Below are positions 56,278 to 64,000 of a stretch of 64,000 nucleotides of DNA, piece after piece. The notes under the pieces were generated by a model, which was not told where the DNA came from, did no database searches, and worked only from the letters and a program-made list of their open reading frames with translations. Position 1 is the first letter of the stretch; the number at the start of each line of letters is the position of its first letter. The stretch comes from a phage. The DNA lies in the sequence record PZ583739.1; one strand, given 5' to 3'. Both the position numbers and the translations under genes were made by a program.

Positions 56278-57086
56278 ACTTTCTGTGAAGAAAATCTTTT
56301 GCCTTTTGAAAAAAACTGCTGAAGGGGGAGTAATACCACATTTGCCCAGTCGCTGGGCTTGATTTCAGTAATAGTACCTTTTATATTGCCAGGTATATAT
56401 GCTTTAATCATCTGGTCAGCCCCTTTAAATCCCTTCACTTTTGACCAATCAATCTTCAGATGAGTCTTGTTCGTAATCGTAGGAGTATTAGCATATTGCT
56501 TAAGAAGTTCCTCAAGGAACTCTTGACGTGCCTTCGGTGGAATATAGTGCAAGTTCAAACCATACATCAAATTGTGCTTACCTAGCCCAAGATAAATGAT
56601 TAACGGATATTTGTCCCAGTACGGAAGAGTATCCTTATGCTTTGCATCATAGATATAAGCATAAATCTTACCCGGTTGAGGTTTAGCCGTTACGTGGCCC
56701 CGAACTGATTTCTTAATTGTCTCTGCGAACCATCTGGCAGATTTGGTGTTGCTTGCGGCGCCTTCGTTAGCAATCTTATCTCTTATGCTCTTTCTAAAGC
56801 TATTCACCATTATCAGCTGACGTTCAGCCTTCGTAAGTTTACCGGCAGGTTTCTTTTTGAGCTTGGATACTTTATAAGCAGTCTGAATTCTCGAATGATA
56901 TCTTGACATGCTTTTGGTAAAGGTCGAATAGTTGATTCCTTTCTCTTCAGCAAACTTCTTCGAGGTCATTCCCTTTTCTTTTGCTGTATAAAATTCAACC
57001 CCTATCTCAACCCATTGTTGTTCGGATTTACTGGGTTTCGGACCTGGTTTATCTGCAGATTCATTGATAAATGTAAAAATACTCAT
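56259..57086 (-). CDS. 2: DNA end-protector protein gp2
   Basis: 275 aa from ATG at 57086 (ATGA overlap with upstream stop); size and position match T4 gp2. Confidence 0.75.
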   Translation of the reverse strand: MSIFTFINESADKPGPKPSKSEQQWVEIGVEFYTAKEKGMTSKKFAEEKGINYSTFTKSMSRYHSRIQTAYKVSKLKKKPAGKLTKAERQLIMVNSFRKSIRDKIANEGAASNTKSARWFAETIKKSVRGHVTAKPQPGKIYAYIYDAKHKDTLPYWDKYPLIIYLGLGKHNLMYGLNLHYIPPKARQEFLEELLKQYANTPTITNKTHLKIDWSKVKGFKGADQMIKAYIPGNIKGTITEIKPSDWANVVLLPLQQFFSKGKRFSSQKVWRNSL

Positions 57087-57811
57087 CCTTTCCATCCTTC
57101 TATAAAATTAATCAAATCATTTTTTAAATAGTATGGTAAGGTTTCTGTATAGCCATCGACCATAATATCTTTATTCAAATAACCTCTGTCTTTTATATAT
57201 AATACAGATATTGCGGATTCTAACATTTTGGCTTGTGCACCCAGTTCAAATTCTCGATAATATAATTTGGAACTAATGCATTTGGAAAAATGATTTTGCT
57301 GCCACAATCTAAAATCATGATTGGAAGTTATACCATACTTTAAAGCAGTTCCGCCTGGATATTCTATTTTATTAACATAAACAATAGCAGGTTTCTTTGC
57401 GTTAAATCCTTTGTGACAACAGTTTGGACATCCTTTGTTTTTTGTTGTAAAGTTGTTTAGATTTGTAATCCAACTGGTTGAACACGTAGAACACTTTATA
57501 TAGGCTTTTGATTTTGTAAAAGTTGAATATGTGGTATCCCATTTATCAAAACTATACAATGGATTCACGGAATTTATTCTTGTGATTGCATCTAATTCAG
57601 ATATTAATTTGCTTTCACCATAAGAACGTTTTAAATTACAATTAGAACACCAACTTTTTGTTTTTAACTTATGCTTTAAAACAGTTGCTTTGTATTTGCA
57701 TGTTTCTTCACATATAAAGCACTTTACAAATATCAAAGTTTTTGATTTATTAAAATCGCCTTGTCCCACTATCTCGCCATTTGTGATGTTAAAATCTGAA
57801 CAATCGTACAT
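57083..57811 (-). CDS. Cys-rich putative endonuclease, inserted between genes 2 and 4
   Basis: 242 aa; N-terminal CxxC pairs ([13 protein letters not shown]) and second cluster CSTCS...CPNCCH; C-terminal [21 protein letters not shown] is GIY-YIG-like; genes 2 and 4 are adjacent in T4. Confidence 0.4.
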   Translation of the reverse strand: MYDCSDFNITNGEIVGQGDFNKSKTLIFVKCFICEETCKYKATVLKHKLKTKSWCSNCNLKRSYGESKLISELDAITRINSVNPLYSFDKWDTTYSTFTKSKAYIKCSTCSTSWITNLNNFTTKNKGCPNCCHKGFNAKKPAIVYVNKIEYPGGTALKYGITSNHDFRLWQQNHFSKCISSKLYYREFELGAQAKMLESAISVLYIKDRGYLNKDIMVDGYTETLPYYLKNDLINFIEGWKG

Positions 57812-58263
57812 TATAAACCCTTATATCCCATTTTTCTAAGTGCATCTTCAGTAATCAATCTAAACTGGATGCCCATTTTATCGGCTACGGCCTGCGCTGC
57901 TTTCCACTTATCCTTGTTAACGGCCCAAGTGTACATTTCGTTCATAAACCTCTTCTTACTTGCAGCGGTCGTATTGACTGGTTTTGCCGGCGGCCTTGTT
58001 TCCTTTTTGGGTTTGACCTCAAAGAAAAACTGTTGTCCATTTGAGAATTTCACCCACATATCCATGTAATATCTGCGTTTTTTACCATCCGCATTACTGA
58101 AATATGGAATAATTACGGTCTCAGAGCCCCATTGTATCACATCTGGATGATTATCTAACCAATTAAATACAAATTTTTCCCAATTTGACCTGTATGTGAT
58201 TTTCTTCCAGTCTCCTTTGTACTTGGCAACGTTTTTTGGCTGCCACTTCCCGGAGTATGCCAT
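57811..58263 (-). CDS. 4: Head completion protein gp4
   Basis: 150 aa; position and size as T4 gp4; late promoter TATAAATA 29 nt upstream. Confidence 0.8.
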   Translation of the reverse strand: MAYSGKWQPKNVAKYKGDWKKITYRSNWEKFVFNWLDNHPDVIQWGSETVIIPYFSNADGKKRRYYMDMWVKFSNGQQFFFEVKPKKETRPPAKPVNTTAASKKRFMNEMYTWAVNKDKWKAAQAVADKMGIQFRLITEDALRKMGYKGL

Positions 58264-58291
58264 ATAGCCTCCTAATAAATATTGATATACT

Positions 58292-58299
58292 TATTTATA
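58292..58299 (-). promoter_or_regulatory. T4 late promoter TATAAATA for gene 4
   Basis: Exact TATAAATA on minus strand. Confidence 0.55.
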
Positions 58300-58303
58300 A
58301 ATG
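58296..58303 (+). promoter_or_regulatory. Late-promoter-like TATAAATG for gene 53 (divergent from gene 4 promoter)
   Basis: 7/8 match to TATAAATA on plus strand, overlapping the minus-strand promoter in a near-palindrome; 8 nt before the ATG. Confidence 0.35.
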
Positions 58304-58311
58304 GAGGCTTT

Positions 58312-58914
58312 ATGCTTTTTTCATTTTTTAACCCAATTGATTATGATGCTAAAACAATCAGAAAAAACTCGGCATCATTAACGAAAGAAGACGTCTTAAG
58401 CATCCCGATGACTGACATCTTCAGAAACTATCGTGCCTATTTTGATAAGGTTGCGGTTAATTATACACCGAAAACATATTACATCGCTGGAGCTCCAAGA
58501 CCTGAAGAACTTGCATATCAGCTCTATGGTAATACTCAACTCTATTGGGTTCTCCTTATGCTTAATGATATCTATGACCCGTATTATGGTTGGATATGTT
58601 CACAAGAATCATCGTATCAGGCATCAGTTCAACGCTATTCGAATATAGGTGGTAATCAGGTTCTTTATCATGTAAATGAAGATGGTGAAAAATTCTGGAA
58701 TCTTGTTTCTTATCCTGATAATCCGTACACCTGGTATGATAAAGGTGATAAGAATAAATTGTACCCACAATATGAAGGTCCATTAGCTGCAGTAGATATC
58801 TATGAAGATGCTATTCGTAAAAATGAATATAAACGAGAAATAAAGATAATCGACCCTAATGATATCGAATCATTTATTTCGGCATTAATCCGTGAGATGG
58901 AGAAGTCATTATGA
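58312..58914 (+). CDS. 53: Baseplate wedge protein gp53
   Basis: ATG at 58312 with RBS GGAGG; MLFSFFNPIDYDAKTIRKN...PMTDIFRNYRAYF...YHVNEDGEKFWNLVSYPDNPYTWYDKGDK, collinear with T4 gp53. Confidence 0.9.
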   Translation: MLFSFFNPIDYDAKTIRKNSASLTKEDVLSIPMTDIFRNYRAYFDKVAVNYTPKTYYIAGAPRPEELAYQLYGNTQLYWVLLMLNDIYDPYYGWICSQESSYQASVQRYSNIGGNQVLYHVNEDGEKFWNLVSYPDNPYTWYDKGDKNKLYPQYEGPLAAVDIYEDAIRKNEYKREIKIIDPNDIESFISALIREMEKSL

Positions 58915-60653
58915 TTAATATGTCAGATAATGTAAGTTGGTTCGTCGGTGTTGTCGAAGACCGAATGGACCCACTTCAACAAGGCCGAGTCCGTGTCCGT
59001 GTATGGGGTATGCATCCATATGAGAAATCACAAGGGCCTGTAAAAGGTATCAGAACTGAAGACCTGCCATGGATGTCTGTACTGATGCCAACATCATCTG
59101 CATCAGTTTCTGGTATTCAAACTGCAATGACCGGTATGGTGCCAGGGACTCAGGTATATGGTCACTTTTTAGACAAGTGGAAACTCAACGGGCTTGTTAT
59201 TGGTACGTATGGTTCAGCCTCAAGACAAAAAGCAAATCCCAACGAAGGCTTCTCTGACCCCACAGGACAATATCCACTTTATGTAGGTAATGATGCTGCT
59301 GCGCTCAACCGTGGCGGTGAGGTTGGTTATGATGCAACTTCGAACGTAATTCAGGATGCAAACACCGATGTAGGTATTAACCCTGATGGCCTTGATTTGA
59401 GTCAAGTTAAGCCAGATGATAATCCTAATTTCACAATTGAAAATATGCTTCACCGTGATGAAGGTCTTCGTTTGAAAGTATATTGGGACACCGAAGGTTA
59501 TCCTACTATAGGTATAGGACACTTAATTGCACCACAACCTATTAGAGATATGAATCAGATAAACAAAATATTATCTAATCAAATAGGCCGTGAAGTTAAA
59601 GGTAACCCTGGTGCAATATCAATGGACGAGGCTTCTAAGTTATTCCAGGAAGACCTTAAAAAAGTTCAAAACGATATAGGCCGGCATAGTGTTGTAGGCC
59701 CGGTTTACAATAAAGAAAACCGTTCGAGACAAATGGCTCTTGAAAACATGGCTTTCCAAATGGGATTGGGTGGGCTTGCTAAATTTAAAACGATGCTCGC
59801 TGCAATGTTAGCCGGAGATTATAAGAAAGCATTTGATGCCGCCCGTGATTCTGTATGGTTTAACCAAACTAAAGGCCGTGCATCAAGGGTATCAATGATT
59901 ATCCTCACAGGTAATATGGAATCATATGGTATTATGGCCCCTAAAGAAAGGTCATTTAAAGGGCGTTCATATAGGATGATTCAAACCTTTGCAGCCCCTG
60001 CAAATTCTGACCCAGCCGACCCGTGGACTCCAGAAGATACGAGGATTTTGTTTAAAGAGCCAGAATCCAGTTACAAGGGCGAATATCCTTACGTGCAGAC
60101 AATGCAAACTGAAGGCGGTCATATTCAGGAATTCGATAACACCCCTGGACAAGAACGTTATCGACTGATTCACCCGACCGGTTCCTATGAGGAAGTTGCA
60201 CCAGATGGTCGTAAGACTTCGAAGACAGTGGCTGATGGATATTATATGACCCAGGGCGATTCGAGTACTTACGTTGGCGGTAATAATAAAGTCAACGTTG
60301 GTGGTGATGAAACCTATTATAATATGGCTAACGTTCGTCGTCAGACCGATGGAAACGAAAGCATTCATATTCGTGGGAATGAAACCAAAACCATTGAAGG
60401 TGACGGTACAATTATCGTCAAAGGTAATGTAAGTATTCTGGTCGAAGGTAATGCTGAAATAACTGTTAAAGGTGACGCAAAAACTCTTGTCGAAGGTAAC
60501 CATGATTATACGGTAAATGGTAATGTCAAATGGTCCGTTAATGGAAACGTTGATATGACCGTGGCTGGCAATTGGTCCGAAACAATGTCAACAATGAGTT
60601 CTATTGCATCTGGTCAATATACTATTGATGGTTCGAGGATTGACATTGGCTAA
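58911..60653 (+). CDS. 5: Baseplate hub / tail lysozyme gp5
   Basis: 580 aa; OB-fold N-domain, central lysozyme domain (LRLKVYWDTEGYPTIGIGHL) and C-terminal beta-helix VxGxxxxx repeats. Confidence 0.96.
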   Translation: MINMSDNVSWFVGVVEDRMDPLQQGRVRVRVWGMHPYEKSQGPVKGIRTEDLPWMSVLMPTSSASVSGIQTAMTGMVPGTQVYGHFLDKWKLNGLVIGTYGSASRQKANPNEGFSDPTGQYPLYVGNDAAALNRGGEVGYDATSNVIQDANTDVGINPDGLDLSQVKPDDNPNFTIENMLHRDEGLRLKVYWDTEGYPTIGIGHLIAPQPIRDMNQINKILSNQIGREVKGNPGAISMDEASKLFQEDLKKVQNDIGRHSVVGPVYNKENRSRQMALENMAFQMGLGGLAKFKTMLAAMLAGDYKKAFDAARDSVWFNQTKGRASRVSMIILTGNMESYGIMAPKERSFKGRSYRMIQTFAAPANSDPADPWTPEDTRILFKEPESSYKGEYPYVQTMQTEGGHIQEFDNTPGQERYRLIHPTGSYEEVAPDGRKTSKTVADGYYMTQGDSSTYVGGNNKVNVGGDETYYNMANVRRQTDGNESIHIRGNETKTIEGDGTIIVKGNVSILVEGNAEITVKGDAKTLVEGNHDYTVNGNVKWSVNGNVDMTVAGNWSETMSTMSSIASGQYTIDGSRIDIG

Positions 60654-60663
60654 TATACTTCCA

Positions 60664-61185
60664 ATGAGCACTGACCTAGGAGACTCCATGGAAGGAGCCT
60701 CAATCGATGTTACGTTTACAGCTCAATTAGAAACAAACGAAACATTAGTCGAAATAAATATAACTGAATATGAGGCCACCCCTGGCGTTAATGTTGAGGG
60801 TAATCATCTTTATGGTGTTTATGAATCCGTGTTCGGATTTGCAGATGATGCGCTTAAATACCGACTTAACGATGAATTCAAAACTGCCGGTTCATGGGAA
60901 GACCTTCCTACCGATAAGAGTACTCAATTGTATCTCTGGAGGGCCCCAGCGAGCCTCCAGAAGGTCTTTTCATACACGGTAACCCTAACCTATGACTTTC
61001 AAGAAGAGAGCTCTGGTGGAGACACAGGGAGCTCTGGTGGCAGTAATAGCCGTGCAGGTAATGAGACCGACCCACCTCCTGCTCCAGTAAGAAAAACAAT
61101 GACAAAAGTTTACACAAAAACTATCGTTGGCAACTGGTCAAGATGGGCAGATAAACTGCGTTCATACGTATACGCGAGGGATTAA
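60664..61185 (+). CDS. 5.1: gp5.1-like hypothetical protein
   Basis: ORF between 5 and 5.4; start trimmed to ATG at 60664; Gly/Ser-rich segment. Confidence 0.45.
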   Translation: MSTDLGDSMEGASIDVTFTAQLETNETLVEINITEYEATPGVNVEGNHLYGVYESVFGFADDALKYRLNDEFKTAGSWEDLPTDKSTQLYLWRAPASLQKVFSYTVTLTYDFQEESSGGDTGSSGGSNSRAGNETDPPPAPVRKTMTKVYTKTIVGNWSRWADKLRSYVYARD

Positions 61186-61478
61186 TGGCTGGATTAAGTT
61201 TCAATCAATGTGTTACAGCAGGCCACGAAGCATGGCCACCGACTGTAATTAATGCAACTCAAGGTAAAGTATTCACCGGGGGAATTCCGGTGTTAGTTGC
61301 CGGAGACCCTATTACCGAGCATACCGAAATTAAAAAACCATATGAAACTCACGGTGGAGTAACACAACCGCGCACATCAAAAGTATTTGTTACCGGTAAG
61401 AAAGCTGTTCAAATGGCAGACCCGATTTCATGTGGTGATACTGTCGCACAAGCTTCAGGGAAGGTGTTCATAAAATGA
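61185..61478 (+). CDS. 5.4: PAAR-repeat spike-tip protein gp5.4
   Basis: 97 aa; PAAR-like motifs ([20 protein letters not shown]); position after gene 5. Confidence 0.85.
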   Translation: MAGLSFNQCVTAGHEAWPPTVINATQGKVFTGGIPVLVAGDPITEHTEIKKPYETHGGVTQPRTSKVFVTGKKAVQMADPISCGDTVAQASGKVFIK

Positions 61479-62152
61479 ACAAAGAATTTAATTTTGTATA
61501 TGTAACTACAAACCTAGAAAATGGTAAAAAGTATATAGGCAAACATTCTACTGACGATATGTTTGATGGATATTACGGCACAGGGGAGCTTATCAAAAAG
61601 GCTTATAAAAAATATGGAAAGGATTCGTTTGAGACAAAAATAATAAAATTTTTTGATACTGAAGATGAAGCTTACGACTACGAAGAATTTTTAGTAGACG
61701 AATCTATAATTTATGATGATAGATATTATAATATAGATTTGGGTGGCAAAGGAAGTATGCGAGGAAGAAAGCATAAGGAATCTTCAAAAAAGCAAACATC
61801 AGACAAAATGAAGGGTAGGCCAAAGCCACCTAGAAGTAAAGAACATATTGAAAATTTTGAAAAAGCTATGGCCAAAAGGAGAAAACCTAAGCTACCTCCA
61901 AAACCGAGGGTTTTTGTTAGAGGAGAAGAGCATCCTTTATATAAAAGACCAAGACCTCAATCTGTTATTGACCTATGCAAACTTAATAATAGAAAACACC
62001 CCATTTGGCAATCATATGATATTTTATTCAAATTATGGAAAGAAAATGATAAGCCAGGTTGGAGAAAAATGACACGATTGGCCATTGAAAACGGATTTCC
62101 AAATACGGCTTATGACAAAATGATAAAACAATTTAAACAGGATTCAGAATAA
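61475..62152 (+). CDS. GIY-YIG homing endonuclease (Seg-like), inserted between 5.4 and 6
   Basis: 225 aa; [19 protein letters not shown] fits GIY-x10-YIG; basic Lys/Arg/Pro-rich C-terminal half; AT-rich relative to neighbours. Confidence 0.8.
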   Translation: MNKEFNFVYVTTNLENGKKYIGKHSTDDMFDGYYGTGELIKKAYKKYGKDSFETKIIKFFDTEDEAYDYEEFLVDESIIYDDRYYNIDLGGKGSMRGRKHKESSKKQTSDKMKGRPKPPRSKEHIENFEKAMAKRRKPKLPPKPRVFVRGEEHPLYKRPRPQSVIDLCKLNNRKHPIWQSYDILFKLWKENDKPGWRKMTRLAIENGFPNTAYDKMIKQFKQDSE

Positions 62153-64000
62153 TGGCTACTCCTACGAATTACCAATTAACAAGAACCGTTAACGCTATCC
62201 CAAAAGTATTTGTGGGAGCTACGTTTGAAGAAATTAAAAAGAACATCATCGACTGGTTATCAAGCCAGGATGAATTTAAGGATTATGATTTCGTCGGTTC
62301 GCGAATGAATATCCTGATTGATATGCTTGCATACAATACATTGTATATGCAACAGTTTGCTAACACGGCAGTTTACGAATCATTTATCGGAACTGCAAAC
62401 TTAAGGTCTTCGGTTGTTCAGGCGGCACAGGATAATGGATATCTTCCATCTTCACGTTCGGCCGCAAAGACTTCGGTTATGCTGACATGTTCTCATGCTC
62501 TGCAACCATCGAATATCGAAATCCCACGAGGAACTAAATTCCTGGCCTATGCTCGTGATACATCAGCTGACCCTTATGTTTTTGTTACCACGGAAAACGT
62601 TATTGCGGTTAAAGATATTAACAACCAATACCTTCCGATTGTATCTCTAGCCCAGGGTCGTATTATTCGTACAGAACTTTTATATGACCCGAAACAACCT
62701 ATTCTTATTCGCGACCCGGATATCGACCGCAAAGAAGTTAAGTTATATGTGAACGGTGTTGAGTGGGTTGACTGGACGAACAAATCAATGGTCCATGCTG
62801 GTTCGACTTCCACCATATTTTATATGCGTGAAACAATCGATGGCTATACTGAATTTTTCTTCGGTGAAGGTGAATCCACCAAATCCGTAGCCGGCGGCGT
62901 TATGGAAGCCAACTATATTGGCGGTCTCAAACCTGTGCAAGATTCGACAATTGTTATTGAATATCTTCGCACCTCAGGGGCAGATGCAAACGGTGCTGTT
63001 GATTTCAGTTATGCCGATACTTTGTCTTATATCACAGTGGATAAAATTACTGAAAACTACAATGACGACCCTGATTATGTCGGTGCTGATGGTGGTGGTG
63101 ACCCAGAAGATATCGAACGTATCCGTGAACTGGCTGTTGTTAAACGTGAAGCGCAGATGCGTGCTGTCACCGGAACAGATTATGATACCTTCGTATCTGA
63201 AAGATTTGGTTCAATCGTGCAAGCCGTACAGACGTTTACAGACGCAAATAAGCCTGGGTATGCGTTTATATCAGTTAAGCCTAAATCGGGCTTGTATCTC
63301 ACTGCAGTGCAGCGTGAGGACATCCAGAACTACCTTAGTGAGTTCAACGTATCAACAATTACACCATCGGTAATTTCTCCGGATTATTTGTTCCTTAAAC
63401 ATAATATCAAAGTATCTTATGCGCTGAACAAATTACAAGAATCTGAACAATGGTTGCAAGCACAAATCATTAATCAGATTGACCGTTATTATATCGATGA
63501 AGTTGAAATCTTTAACAGAAGTTTTGCTAAGTCAAAAATGCTTACGTATGTGGATAATACTGACCATAGTATTCTTGGTTCGTCTGCAACCATTTCGATG
63601 GTGCGTGAAGTCCTGAACTTCTTTAAGACTCCAGAATCCGGCATTAAATACTATAACCAGTATGGCAACCGTTCAGTCGAATCAAGTGAATTTGAATTTG
63701 TTCCGACCACGGGTGAAGCCTATAACGTTCGCATTGTTGCAACTGATAAAGATTCTCGTGGTGATGGTAAAATGGTAATTGGTCCATTCCGCCCGGGTGA
63801 TGTTATTGAAAACGTAAACATCCACCCTTACCTACAAGATGACTTTAATAAAATGGAAGCTCCGGCTGACCAAACAGTTTATTACGCAATTGGCGAAATT
63901 GACTATTACTCTGATTATATTTTTTGGGATATCGCCGCGATTGGATTGACCTCCGAACGCTTTGAAGTTCAATCAATCGAACTTTATGCAAGTCCTAACC
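62152..64000 (+). CDS. 6: Baseplate wedge protein gp6, N-terminal ~616 codons; 3' end beyond window
   Basis: Hand translation from ATG at 62152: [36 protein letters not shown]...ANLRSSVVQAAQDNGYLPSS...GADGGGDPEDIERIRELAVVKRE..., collinear with T4 gp6; absent from ORF track because there is no stop in the window. Confidence 0.9.
   Translation, partial: MATPTNYQLTRTVNAIPKVFVGATFEEIKKNIIDWLSSQDEFKDYDFVGSRMNILIDMLAYNTLYMQQFANTAVYESFIGTANLRSSVVQAAQDNGYLPSSRSAAKTSVMLTCSHALQPSNIEIPRGTKFLAYARDTSADPYVFVTTENVIAVKDINNQYLPIVSLAQGRIIRTELLYDPKQPILIRDPDIDRKEVKLYVNGVEWVDWTNKSMVHAGSTSTIFYMRETIDGYTEFFFGEGESTKSVAGGVMEANYIGGLKPVQDSTIVIEYLRTSGADANGAVDFSYADTLSYITVDKITENYNDDPDYVGADGGGDPEDIERIRELAVVKREAQMRAVTGTDYDTFVSERFGSIVQAVQTFTDANKPGYAFISVKPKSGLYLTAVQREDIQNYLSEFNVSTITPSVISPDYLFLKHNIKVSYALNKLQESEQWLQAQIINQIDRYYIDEVEIFNRSFAKSKMLTYVDNTDHSILGSSATISMVREVLNFFKTPESGIKYYNQYGNRSVESSEFEFVPTTGEAYNVRIVATDKDSRGDGKMVIGPFRPGDVIENVNIHPYLQDDFNKMEAPADQTVYYAIGEIDYYSDYIFWDIAAIGLTSERFEVQSIELYASPN

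Overview
This window is a contiguous piece of a T4-like (Tevenvirinae) myovirus genome, closest by my recollection of protein sequences to the RB69 group rather than to T4 itself. From 1 to about 58.3 kb all genes are on the minus strand in T4 early/middle order: 41, 40, uvsX, imm-like, 43, regA, 62, 44, 45, rpbA, 46, 47, 55, nrdG, nrdD, 49, nrdC, rI, tk, regB, denV, e, nudE, two tRNAs, 57B (Acb1), 57A, 1, 3, 2, 4. From 58.3 kb the plus-strand late baseplate genes begin: 53, 5, 5.1, 5.4 and 6 (partial). Between the conserved genes lie hyperplastic stretches of small unknown ORFs, five free-standing homing-endonuclease genes, repeated T4-type early-promoter cassettes and intercistronic hairpins. 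The most notable content is in those accessory stretches: a family of small proteins ending in WVSSSxxC, an array of capsid-targeting-sequence proteins, a plus-strand collagen-repeat fibre-like gene inside the early region, a nucleotidyltransferase next to a multi-TM protein, a macro-domain protein, and a pair of hairpins with compensatory changes beside a TATAAATA late promoter. I found no CRISPR array, integrase or transposase. All calls rest on reading the sequence and on remembered homologies; no database search was run, and many ORF-track starts are TTG/GTG extensions that I trimmed to the first ATG where noted.
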